From an uncultured Clostridia bacterium (GTDB lineage Bacteria > Bacillota > Clostridia > Oscillospirales > QAKW01): 64,000 nucleotides of DNA. Of the stretch, positions 1 to 9,237 are shown piece by piece (positions within the stretch are counted from its first letter, which is position 1; each line of letters begins with the position of its first letter). Location of the stretch: positions 1,859-65,858 of the forward strand of contig CALWYZ010000009.1 in NCBI GenBank assembly GCA_944385895.1. Direction: 5' to 3'. Both the position numbers and the translations under genes were made by a program. The notes under the pieces are model-generated. The model ran no database searches. It saw only the letters and a list, made by a program, of their open reading frames with translations, and was not told where the DNA came from.

Positions 1-17
1 TTTAAGGAGGATTAATC

Positions 18-1166
18 ATGAAAAAGGTAAAAGTCAAGGTAATATGCATAGTTTTATCCTCTATTATGTTTTTGCAAGCGTTTAGTACAGTTACATTTAC
101 AGCAAAGCAAATGGATAAAGCAAGTTCTTTAGAAACGGCTGAATCGGCGGCGTATGCTGTTGAAGAATTAAAATCCAAGCGCGATGCAAACGTAAAACAT
201 TTTAAAATGAGCGACGGCACTTTTGCTGCCGCAACATATGATATGCCAGTTCATTACTATGACGGAGAAGAGTGGCAAGACATAAACAATTATTTGATAG
301 ACGGGACAGATTCGGATGAAAATATCGCAGTCTATGAAAATACAGACAATCCTATAAAAATCAAATTTGCTAAAAAGTCTAACAGCAAAAACATACTAAA
401 GCTGCAGCAAAATAATTATAAGATAAGCTTTGCCCTTTTAGGTAAAGTAAACAAACATGCAGAAGCCCAAAAATTTAATCCGGCAGACGACGGAAATATA
501 ACAACATTAGAAAAAACAGAGTCTAAAATTACTTATGAAAATATTTTTGAAAATGTTGATATTGAATATGTCTTGTCTGGAACAAAACTAAAAGAAAATA
601 TAGTTATACAAAAAGAACTTACAGATTATACTTTTAAGTATGAAATAAAAACAAACGGTCTCACTATGTCCTTAATAAATAATCAAATTATTTTTAAAGA
701 TGATAACGAGACCGTTTTTTATATACCTGCGCCATATATGTATGATGCAGAAGGAGAATTTTCTGATGCTGTTACCTATTCTTTGGAAAATGAAAACGGC
801 AATAAATATATTTTAACTATAACAGCTGACAACAACTGGATTGACAGTGATAATCGTAAATTTCCTGTAACTATTGATCCTACCGTGCAGATGCCCGAAT
901 CAGGAATTGATACATATTATTTTGCGACAGAAAGGAACAACACCATAACTCATTTTGGGCAAAATGTTACACATGTCAATAACGCGCTAAGATACTCAAA
1001 CCTCAGCACCGGCACTTCAAATACAACAAGTCTTTATATGAAAATTAACTTGCCGTACTTAAATGAATTCTTATCAAGACCCGACGACACTTTAAACAGT
1101 GTTTCATATACAGGTGTAACTGTAGAGTTTTCAAGAAATACCAGTAAATTATATAGAAAAGACTAA
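18..1166 (+). CDS. RHS-family wall-associated polymorphic toxin, N-terminal part with signal peptide; reading frame is lost at 1126-1166
   Basis: AAGGAGG RBS a few nt upstream of the ATG. Hydrophobic N-terminal segment VICIVLSSIMFLQAF. The ORF stops at 1166 while another frame is open from 1126 and runs into the YD-repeat ORF. Confidence 0.6.
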   Translation: MKKVKVKVICIVLSSIMFLQAFSTVTFTAKQMDKASSLETAESAAYAVEELKSKRDANVKHFKMSDGTFAAATYDMPVHYYDGEEWQDINNYLIDGTDSDENIAVYENTDNPIKIKFAKKSNSKNILKLQQNNYKISFALLGKVNKHAEAQKFNPADDGNITTLEKTESKITYENIFENVDIEYVLSGTKLKENIVIQKELTDYTFKYEIKTNGLTMSLINNQIIFKDDNETVFYIPAPYMYDAEGEFSDAVTYSLENENGNKYILTITADNNWIDSDNRKFPVTIDPTVQMPESGIDTYYFATERNNTITHFGQNVTHVNNALRYSNLSTGTSNTTSLYMKINLPYLNEFLSRPDDTLNSVSYTGVTVEFSRNTSKLYRKD

Positions 1167-1476
1167 GGAGAACGCTTCTATTGAGCGTACTAAATTTACT
1201 TATGAACCATTTTTCACACAGGTAGAAGATCAGCTGGCAGATTACTATTATTTAAAATATATTTTTAACAGACAAGGCCTAACTGAATATGTTACTGACA
1301 GTGAGGGTAATTCAAAAAAATACGAATACAGTCAAAAGAAAGAAAGCAAAAATAAGCTTAGCTTTGAATCTAATACACGTCGCATACCGGGAAATATAAT
1401 TAAAAATGGAAATTTTAAAACCGGCACGCTGAAAAACTGGAACAGTCAATATGCCAGCTATAATCAGGAAAGTCAG

Positions 1477-4335
1477 ATGCTGTTTATTGACGACCTAGGA
1501 TATGTGAAACAGGAGGTCATTATACCCGTTACCGGCTATTACACACTATCTGCAGTAATCGATAATTATGATGCCGATATCATCAGCTCTACAGATGCAA
1601 GAAACCTTACAACACAATACGAGTATGACAATAACAGAAATCTTACAAAGACAATAAGTCCTTCCGGAATAAACAGTAACAGTAATTATGACCAATATGG
1701 TAATGTTACCTCTGCGAACCTGTCAAAAGGCAATACAACTCTTGAAGGCGGCAGCACTATATATGACGAAAACGGAATGTATGTTACAACTACAACTGAT
1801 GCATTCGGCTACGCTACTGAATATACAGTCGACGAAACTACATTAAAAACTCAGGAAGTAAAATACGCAAAGCCGTCTGCTCAGTCCGACAGGTTTAATT
1901 ATAATGTAGAATACGACTATTATGACAATCAAAAAGCCGCAGTGTCAGAGGGAGATACTTCCACAGTATTGGAGAATTCCGGACCCATAAAAAGCATATA
2001 TGCATTTTATGAGGGTTATACCCCTGCCGTAATGGGCGTATCCTTCGAATACGACGACGGCGAAATAAGCAAAATCAAGCGCAGCGGATATGATTATACT
2101 TTTTATGATACTTATACAGCCGGGAACGAACCTATTGTGGAAGGCACTAAATCATTGCCATACAGTTACAAGTCTTCTGTAAATATTAATGATACCGATT
2201 CCAGCATCTCAACAATAAATTTAGGAACAAATCTTTACGATGCAAGCGGTAACCTGTCAGCCACAATCTATGGAAACACTAACTATCATACTTATGAAAG
2301 AGATGTCTTCGGAAGACTTACCGCTAAAAACACTCTGCGGGATAAGCTGACATACACATATAACAGCAAAAATTTACTGGCCGGAGTGTATTCGGAATAT
2401 AACAATACCTCCAATACATACAACTATGACTTTGCAGGAAGAATGTCTGTAAGCGAATTTTACGACCTCAACAACAGCATAAGCATGAAGCATAAATATA
2501 CTTACAACTCGGCAGATATGCTGACAGGTTTGAAAAGTACATTCACTGATGAGGACGGACAAAGATATGTCAGATATACTGAATATGACTATGACAACGA
2601 AGGCAGGATAACTTCCCAGGACATTTATAAAGAAGGAAGCGGCAGCGTATATCTTGTACCAAGGATACAGTATAATTATAATGATGTAGGACTGCTGACA
2701 GGCACAGTATATTCTGCGGCAAATCAGGTAAGCCTGTCACCTTCCATAAATCGTAATATTACATATAATACAGTAAATAATGATCCCAATAAGCTTACAT
2801 CCCAGATAAAAACATATGATAATTTCAGCTACACTTATGATATTGCCGGTAATATAAAAAGTGTAAGCGGTCCGTATATTAACAGTGCCACTTACTTATA
2901 TGATGAAACAAATCAGCTGACACATGCAAACGGGTTTTATGACAGAGAGCATTTTGTGTATGATTACAACGGAAATATCATAACTTATGAGAATTCATTT
3001 TATGAGCAAGGCTATACAACTGAATATGAATACACATTTAATTATGACAGCTTATGGGAAGACAGATTAATGAGCGTAACGACGGCAAACGGAGCTACAA
3101 TACGTTCATACAGTTATATGGATCAATATGGTGCAGGATCAACGTTACCTACTAGAGACGGAAGATTCAACTTTGATTGGGACGGCAGATTGCTGACCAG
3201 GGCTACCAGAATAAGTAATTATACTACATATGACTACAAATACGATGAAAATGGAAAATTAATTGAAAAGAAAGTAAAAAACGGAGATAATATTGTTCAA
3301 AAGCTGACAAGATATTACTATACAGGCGATGATTTGACCACCGAAGTTCTTTATTACCCTGTTAACGGCAGTTTAGAAGTTGATGTAAAGATCGATTATA
3401 TCTATGACACGACAGGTCTGTCATTTATTATCTTTGAATTTTCCGATCCCTCTAAATATTACTTGACATTGAATAAATACACCTTCTATGTCAAACGTAA
3501 TGCTCAGGGAGACGTGACAGCGCTGGCAGATATAACAAACGGTTATATGGGAGATCAGCTCACATATACTTATTCAGCATACGGAAAGAATTATACTTTG
3601 GATATATCAGGAGATTTATTGTCTGCTGTAGGCAGCCTTAATTCCATCTTATTCAAAGGGTATATGTATGACAGAGACCTTGAGATGTACTATTGCGGCT
3701 CTCGCTGGTATGACCCTGTAATCTGCAGGTTTATAAACGGGGACGCTCAAATATCAGGTATCAACAATAGTATTAAAGGATATAACCTTTTTTCATATTG
3801 TTTTAATAATCCTATAAATATGAGTGACCCTGAAGGTAATTGGCCGCGTTGGATTACTGCCGCAGTGGCAGTTGTCGCGGCAGCAATTTCTGTTGCTAGT
3901 CACATCCTCTGTACTCCGGCTATACCTTCAACAATAATTGCCATAGCAGCAATTGTGCTATATACAGCACAATCGCATCATTTTGATAAGCGCAAAGAAA
4001 AAAACACCGGCATTCCTCCAACTGAAGGCGCAGCTGAAGATGCAAATTGGAAAAAAGTAAAAGGAGAGGATGCAAAACTCCATCAATTTACGGCAGAAAA
4101 CAATGACAATGTAAAATATTTATCTCCGGACGGTCACAGAGAAGCTGTTTATGATAAAGGTGGTAATCTTGTGGTGGATTCACGAGATATTGGTACATAC
4201 AACTTTTATCCGAAAATTAATGAAGAAGATTTATTAGGTCACACAATTGCAGATGTAATCCCTTATTTTATATTCGGCAATGACGACGATGATCCGGGGC
4301 CTATTATAAATTCAATTATAAAAATATTCAACTGA
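1477..4335 (+). CDS. RHS/YD-repeat polymorphic toxin body with core tip and C-terminal toxin domain CT1 (3844-4335)
   Basis: Many YD-type repeats (QYEYDNNRNLT, YDYDNEGRIT, YTYNSKNLL). Core tip YYCGSRWYDPVICRFINGD...NNPINMSDPEGNW, with DPEGNW at 3826-3843. My own translation shows the frame open from 1126; the first Met in the track is 1477. Confidence 0.85.
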   Translation: MLFIDDLGYVKQEVIIPVTGYYTLSAVIDNYDADIISSTDARNLTTQYEYDNNRNLTKTISPSGINSNSNYDQYGNVTSANLSKGNTTLEGGSTIYDENGMYVTTTTDAFGYATEYTVDETTLKTQEVKYAKPSAQSDRFNYNVEYDYYDNQKAAVSEGDTSTVLENSGPIKSIYAFYEGYTPAVMGVSFEYDDGEISKIKRSGYDYTFYDTYTAGNEPIVEGTKSLPYSYKSSVNINDTDSSISTINLGTNLYDASGNLSATIYGNTNYHTYERDVFGRLTAKNTLRDKLTYTYNSKNLLAGVYSEYNNTSNTYNYDFAGRMSVSEFYDLNNSISMKHKYTYNSADMLTGLKSTFTDEDGQRYVRYTEYDYDNEGRITSQDIYKEGSGSVYLVPRIQYNYNDVGLLTGTVYSAANQVSLSPSINRNITYNTVNNDPNKLTSQIKTYDNFSYTYDIAGNIKSVSGPYINSATYLYDETNQLTHANGFYDREHFVYDYNGNIITYENSFYEQGYTTEYEYTFNYDSLWEDRLMSVTTANGATIRSYSYMDQYGAGSTLPTRDGRFNFDWDGRLLTRATRISNYTTYDYKYDENGKLIEKKVKNGDNIVQKLTRYYYTGDDLTTEVLYYPVNGSLEVDVKIDYIYDTTGLSFIIFEFSDPSKYYLTLNKYTFYVKRNAQGDVTALADITNGYMGDQLTYTYSAYGKNYTLDISGDLLSAVGSLNSILFKGYMYDRDLEMYYCGSRWYDPVICRFINGDAQISGINNSIKGYNLFSYCFNNPINMSDPEGNWPRWITAAVAVVAAAISVASHILCTPAIPSTIIAIAAIVLYTAQSHHFDKRKEKNTGIPPTEGAAEDANWKKVKGEDAKLHQFTAENNDNVKYLSPDGHREAVYDKGGNLVVDSRDIGTYNFYPKINEEDLLGHTIADVIPYFIFGNDDDDPGPIINSIIKIFN
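3520..3845 (+). repeat. rhs core-tip segment reused at the 5' ends of orphan modules
   Basis: 3520-3744 is near-identical to 9916-10140, and 3680-3845 to 6861-7026. Shorter degenerate copies lie at about 5323-5470, 8516-8679, 12833-12985 and 14456-14634. Confidence 0.85.
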
Positions 4336-5470
4336 GGTGGTATTGCTATGAAAAAATGGATGATCATAACACTGTCAATTACATATGCCATTGTATTAAA
4401 CGGTACTGTAATATTGCTTATACTCAACAGTAATTACTGGTATTCCAAAAAGCTTGTTAGTGCTATATACGATCATGATATTAAAAAAATAGAACAGATA
4501 TTAGAAAAAAAGCCCGATTGTGTTAATACCTTTCCTAACATTTTGCCCAATTCAATCACCTCTATTATAGAGGCTTCTTCAAATTATCCCTTAACGATTG
4601 CATGTGACCTAGGCTACATGGATGTCGTGAAATTATTGGTTGAATCGGGAGCTGATGTTAATATAGAAGATAGCCCTACAGCGCTTTCAGCAGCATATAA
4701 TACTCTATCAGAAAATTGGTATGAAATATCTTTGTATCTGATAGAAAACGGAGCTTCACTTGACTACCATACAGTTTATCATGCAGGAGTATTTGAAGAT
4801 ATTGTAAGCAGGTATCCGAGAGATCGTTCCCCCGAAGGTGCAGAAAAGGTATATAAATCCTTTTTTTATGCTTTTGAGCACTGCGACAAAAGCTTGATAG
4901 ATTGGAACAGAGTTTTATTTGATAGTATTACATATAACTTAACAGTCGTTGTAGAATTCCTATTAGATAACCAATACTGCGGTGTAAACAGTTATTTATA
5001 CCCATTCTGTACACCACTTATGAGAGCGGTAGAATATGAAAGGACTGATATAATACAGCTGCTGCTTGACAGAGGCGCTGACAAGACACTGAAGAACGAC
5101 GAGGGGAAAACAGCATACGATATTGCACTGGAAGAAGGCCATACCGATATCGCACAGATGGTCAAACCGTAAATAGATTTAACAATTTTAATGACATCTT
5201 TTTCATATCAAACAGATGCAAAATCAATTATTCCCTACTCTTATATAAGCATGCATATATAAGTCAATGCTTCCAAAATGGACAATCCATTAATGACACA
5301 TAACAGAAATACGTTTGTTTTTTTGAGATGCAGTATTGCACCTCTGCTGATATGCTCCTGTAATCTGCAGGTTTATAAACGGGGACGCTATGTTTCTGGA
5401 AGGCCAGGGACTTATTGGCTATAACATGTTTGCCTACTGCAAAAATAATCCGGTAAACAGAGTTGATCCT
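4326..5470 (+). repeat. About 1.1-kb duplicated block: ankyrin immunity gene, 150-bp linker and degenerate rhs tip (partner at 11832-12985)
   Basis: Homology starts at attcaactgaggtggtatt (the last codons of CT1) and continues through the whole ankyrin gene and linker to gttgatcct. Confidence 0.8.
4348..5172 (+). CDS. Membrane-anchored ankyrin-repeat protein, candidate immunity protein for CT1
   Basis: Starts 12 nt after the toxin stop, with a GAGGTGG RBS. N-terminal TM helix. ANK-like repeats (TPLMRAVEYERTDIIQLLLDRGADKTLKNDEGKTAYDIALEEGHTDIAQ). Confidence 0.7.
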   Translation: MKKWMIITLSITYAIVLNGTVILLILNSNYWYSKKLVSAIYDHDIKKIEQILEKKPDCVNTFPNILPNSITSIIEASSNYPLTIACDLGYMDVVKLLVESGADVNIEDSPTALSAAYNTLSENWYEISLYLIENGASLDYHTVYHAGVFEDIVSRYPRDRSPEGAEKVYKSFFYAFEHCDKSLIDWNRVLFDSITYNLTVVVEFLLDNQYCGVNSYLYPFCTPLMRAVEYERTDIIQLLLDRGADKTLKNDEGKTAYDIALEEGHTDIAQMVKP

Positions 5471-6075
5471 TTGGGAGAAGCATGGTGGCATTGGGCAATA
5501 GGCGCTGTAATAGTAGCGGCATGTGCAGTAGCTACAGTTGCTACTGCCGGTGGTTTTGTAGCAGCTGCAAGTGCCGTAGCTGCTGTTAGTAGTGGCATGG
5601 CCGCTTCAACAACAGCTGCTACGATAGCGCCAGGTGCTTTTTTAGGTTCTGCAACGGTGTATGGTGTCGCATCGGCCACTGCTATAGTTAGCTCAACTTC
5701 TGTAGAAGAATTTAATGAAAAGGAAACTGGTCAATTGTTGCAAAGACTGTTATGGGAGCTGTATTGGGCGGGAAAATTGCTTCTCAATCCACAAAGAATT
5801 CAACACCGACAAAAGTAAGTACACCCTCAAACGGAACAACCGGAAAAACAGAACCTAATAACTTAATCGAGCAATTATCTATGGAACAAGTAAAATCAAA
5901 TCCATCATCAGGTACACCTTTATTAAAAATTACAATGAATGATCCTCGGTGGGCTTGCTCTGATGGCTGGATAAAAATGCAACAAATTATACCAACATCA
6001 CAAGGTAACGTTAATATTCACTATGTCTATAATCAGACATTAAAAATCTTTGATGATTTTAAATTTGTACCATAA
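5390..6075 (+). pseudogene. Orphan rhs toxin tip CT2, frameshifted
   Basis: Begins with GQGLIGYNMFAYCKNNPVNRVDPLGEAWW. The upstream core-tip copy has lost a base (YCTSADMLL*). A second frame change near 5717-5727 splits it into the track ORFs 5390-5818 and 5752-6075. Confidence 0.6.
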
Positions 6076-6088
6076 AGGAGAATATAAT

Positions 6089-6511
6089 TTGAACAATTTT
6101 ATAAAAATACAAAAATTATGGCGTGATAAAGAAATAATTCAGCTAAAAGTCATATGTTCATCTGAACTAATAACAGCAACTGCAAAAATATACGTTTCAG
6201 ATAATTTAATAGATGAATTGATTTATCAAATAAATCGATTTTTAGAGGCTAAAGTTACAGAAAGTATTTGGTCAAATGAGTTTAAAGGAGATGATTCTTC
6301 GACGTGTGTTTCTTTTAGATTTTTACACAAAGATAAGTTGGGCCATTTATTAATAGAAGTTTATTTGGAAATTGATGACGGGGGAAGATATAGTAAACAT
6401 AATTGCTGCTTTTATATAAAAACAGAAACTGGATTATTGTTGAAATTTTGCGAAAATTTATCACAGCTCAAAAGTGATATTGATGATGTAAGCGTTAATT
6501 TGAATGTATAA
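6089..6511 (+). CDS. Candidate immunity protein for CT2 (TTG start)
   Basis: AAGGAG at 6075-6080, then TTG at 6089 in the frame of the 6050-6511 ORF. It immediately follows the CT2 stop. No recognisable domain. Confidence 0.5.
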   Translation: MNNFIKIQKLWRDKEIIQLKVICSSELITATAKIYVSDNLIDELIYQINRFLEAKVTESIWSNEFKGDDSSTCVSFRFLHKDKLGHLLIEVYLEIDDGGRYSKHNCCFYIKTETGLLLKFCENLSQLKSDIDDVSVNLNV

Positions 6512-6634
6512 CTTTAAGATTTAAATGTCTATTTATTAAAAATACTATTATAGTAATGTTTAATTATGATAGTTTTAAACCGCTATAAAGGTCAAGTTTT
6601 TTAGATTATCAATAATTTAATTTTTATATTATAG

Positions 6635-6711
6635 ACGATGCCGGCAAAACAGCATACGATATTGCAATGGAAGAAGGCCATACCGATATCGCACAGATGG
6701 TCAAACCGTAA
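6635..6711 (+). pseudogene. 3' remnant of an ankyrin immunity gene
   Basis: aaacagcatacgatattgcaatggaagaaggccataccgatatcgcacagatggtcaaaccgtaa is identical to the 3' end of 11854-12684, but nothing upstream of it is retained. Confidence 0.8.
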
Positions 6712-6865
6712 ATAGATTTAACAATTTTAATGACATCTTTTTTATATCAAACAGATGCAAAATCAATTATTCCCTACTCTTATATAAGCATGCATATATA
6801 AGTCAATGCTTCCAAAATGGACAATCCATTAATGACACATAACAGAAATACGTTTGTTTTTTGAG

Positions 6866-7573
6866 ATGTACTATTGCGGCTCTCGCTGGTATGACCCTGT
6901 AATCTGCAGGTTTATAAACGGGGACACTAAAATATCTGGTATCAACAATAGTATTAAAGGATATAACCTTTTTTCATATTGTTTTAATAATCCTATAAAT
7001 ATGAGTGACCCTGAAGGTAATTGGCCTCAATGGATAAAAAACACTGTTAAATGGGTAACTAAAAATGTTGTTAAACCAGTCGTTAAAACCGTAAAAAATA
7101 CCCTATCCAAATTTGATGCCACATTTTCTAAAGGTAGCAATATTAGTTTTGCAATAATTAATTTTAGTTTTAATATTCAAGGCGGTATATCGATAGACAC
7201 TAAAGGAAATGTTGCAATACAACATTCCACTGGAATTGGTTCATCGACAGAATCTCTTACCTTTTCTGCTACAACGTATAAAAGTGTAACTAATGCACCA
7301 AATATAGAAAAACTTGAAGGCAACGCTTATCAGATAGGAGGATCGGTAGGAGTCCCTGTATCAAACATCCCGCTATCTGCTGGAGCTGATTTATCAATTA
7401 TACCAGATTATGAGGAAAACAAAAAGTATTTAGGAATATCCTCCGGTGTAGGAGTAGGAATGACTGGAGCTGAAATTCATTTAGAAAGCGTTAATACTAT
7501 GACATTTGTTGATTATAAATTCAATGTATTTAATATAGCTGAAAATATTTATATCAAAATTATGGAGTGGTAG
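6866..7573 (+). CDS. Orphan rhs toxin tip CT3 (intact ORF starting at the Met of LEMYYCG)
   Basis: MYYCGSRWYDPVICRFINGDTKISGINNSIKGYNLFSYCFNNPINMSDPEGNW matches the main rhs tip. The following roughly 180 aa are Ser/Thr/Gly/Val-rich with no recognisable motif. Confidence 0.65.
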   Translation: MYYCGSRWYDPVICRFINGDTKISGINNSIKGYNLFSYCFNNPINMSDPEGNWPQWIKNTVKWVTKNVVKPVVKTVKNTLSKFDATFSKGSNISFAIINFSFNIQGGISIDTKGNVAIQHSTGIGSSTESLTFSATTYKSVTNAPNIEKLEGNAYQIGGSVGVPVSNIPLSAGADLSIIPDYEENKKYLGISSGVGVGMTGAEIHLESVNTMTFVDYKFNVFNIAENIYIKIMEW

Positions 7574-7575
7574 GT

Positions 7576-8289
7576 ATGAGGCATATACGTTATATTTTTA
7601 CAATCCTATCGGTACTTCTTTTACTGACTTATATCAGAGCAGAAGTATTAGCAATAGACACAGGCTTTGCCACTGAGACACTGCCAGAAAAAAATATAAA
7701 TTCTTTCTTAAAATATATAAAATTATCTATGATAACTGAAGAACCGCGCAAGATCGCAATAGATTGTTTTGATGTCAATGAAAAAGGTGAAATAGCTATA
7801 GGCAGAAGCGAGTACAATAATAAAACTGTCTGTATTTATACGAGTGACGGTGATTTTCAATATGGTTACAGTTTTTTTAGTCAAGGTTCATTCGGTGTTG
7901 AACTTAATAATGATATTTTACTAATTTATTTTGTTCGCAGTGATATTGTAATTGCTGTTAATCCAATGGGAGAAATAGAAAGCATTCTTGGAATAAAAAA
8001 CACTATTGAAAATAACTCTTATTGGAATAATTTTGTTCATTTAACTAAACGAAAAATCGGTGATACTGAATATACTATAAGAAACGACATGGGTTTTTTT
8101 AATTTACTTGCATCATCATATTCTCAATTAGTTATTACAGATAAGAACGGCAACGAAAACATTATATATGATGTCAATTCAGCTCAATTTTCATATATGT
8201 TAAAAAGTTTTATTAATAAATCTGTAATTGTTTGTATTGTTATGGGTGCGATTATTTGTCAGCTTGTCATAATCTATCGCAAACATTAA
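7576..8289 (+). CDS. Candidate immunity protein for CT3 (signal/TM at the N-terminus, TM at the C-terminus)
   Basis: ATG lies 3 nt after the CT3 stop, with GGAG upstream. Hydrophobic N- and C-terminal segments. Confidence 0.5.
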   Translation: MRHIRYIFTILSVLLLLTYIRAEVLAIDTGFATETLPEKNINSFLKYIKLSMITEEPRKIAIDCFDVNEKGEIAIGRSEYNNKTVCIYTSDGDFQYGYSFFSQGSFGVELNNDILLIYFVRSDIVIAVNPMGEIESILGIKNTIENNSYWNNFVHLTKRKIGDTEYTIRNDMGFFNLLASSYSQLVITDKNGNENIIYDVNSAQFSYMLKSFINKSVIVCIVMGAIICQLVIIYRKH

Positions 8290-8529
8290 ATCTTATAACA
8301 GTATTACACATCCTGAAACAGCTTTTGTTAGGACAAAAATAAGACATATGGAATAATTTCACTAAAAGCATTGACAGTATTGGTTCTGACAAAAGCTATA
8401 ATATCTGATTGGTGATACTATATAAATATGCACACTTTTTTAAGCAAGCATATAATAAACAATATTACATACTGGACAATCCATTAATGACACATAACAG
8501 AAATACGTTTGTTTTTTTGAGATGCAGTA

Positions 8530-9215
8530 TTGCGGCTCTGCTGGTATGACCCTGAAATCTGCAGGTTTATAAACGGGACAGCTATGTTTCTGGAAGGCCA
8601 GGGACTTATTGGCTATAACATGTTTGCCTACTGCAAAAATAATCCGGTAAACAGAGTTGATCCTGAAGGTGAGTTTTGGAAAGAAATCGGACATTTTTTT
8701 CTAATGTTTGGAGTAATTTAAAAAATTGGGCAAACAATACCTTTGGATTCGGAAGCTCTACTACAACAACTATTGCACATTATGAAACATCGATTATATC
8801 AGACCCAGCTCCAATAACTATTGATACAGGAAGTAAAACTACTCAAATCATTTCCGAAAAAGGAGATTCATCTAAGCCTATTTCATTTTATTCAAACAAA
8901 GATACTACAAATCCAACATCATCTACTGCCGGAATAAAGTTAAATATATCCGATTTCACCTTGGGTATCAATTTTGGGTTTGATAATATTGGTATTTCGG
9001 GGACATTAACAGATGGTGACTCATCGAATTGCATTGCCTTAAAAGTAAATTTATCTGAATTAAAAGTTGGAATAGAAGATTCAATATCAATCAAGTGGGA
9101 CGGTACAACTACAAAGACATATACAAATGTAAGTGCAAATGGTTGGGCAATAGTAGCAGTAGCAGCTTTTATAACTACTGGACAAATAATTCAAACACCT
9201 GCTTATATCAAATAA
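8530..9215 (+). pseudogene. Orphan rhs toxin tip CT4, frameshifted in a T7 run
   Basis: The tip GQGLIGYNMFAYCKNNPVNRVDPEGEFW is followed by a T7 run at 8694-8700. One extra T would join 8530-8721 to 8676-9215 (..EFWKEIGHFFSNVWSNLKNW..). Confidence 0.6.
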
Positions 9216-9237
9216 ACTTATAGGAGTTACTATAGAT

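Noticed and set aside
1167-1476. Apparent intergenic gap between the two rhs ORFs
   Set aside because: My translation shows the frame of the 1477-4335 ORF is open from 1126, so this stretch is coding (or formerly coding), not intergenic.
5434-5679. 81-aa Ala-rich ORF on the minus strand
   Set aside because: It is the antisense shadow of the Ala/Gly-rich hydrophobic segment of orphan tip CT2. It has no RBS and fully overlaps a better-supported frame.
5752-6075. Assigning CT2 to a specific RNase toxin family from the ..GW.KMQ...IHYVYN...DDFKF pattern
   Set aside because: The resemblance is from memory only, and I cannot name the family with confidence. It is left unassigned.
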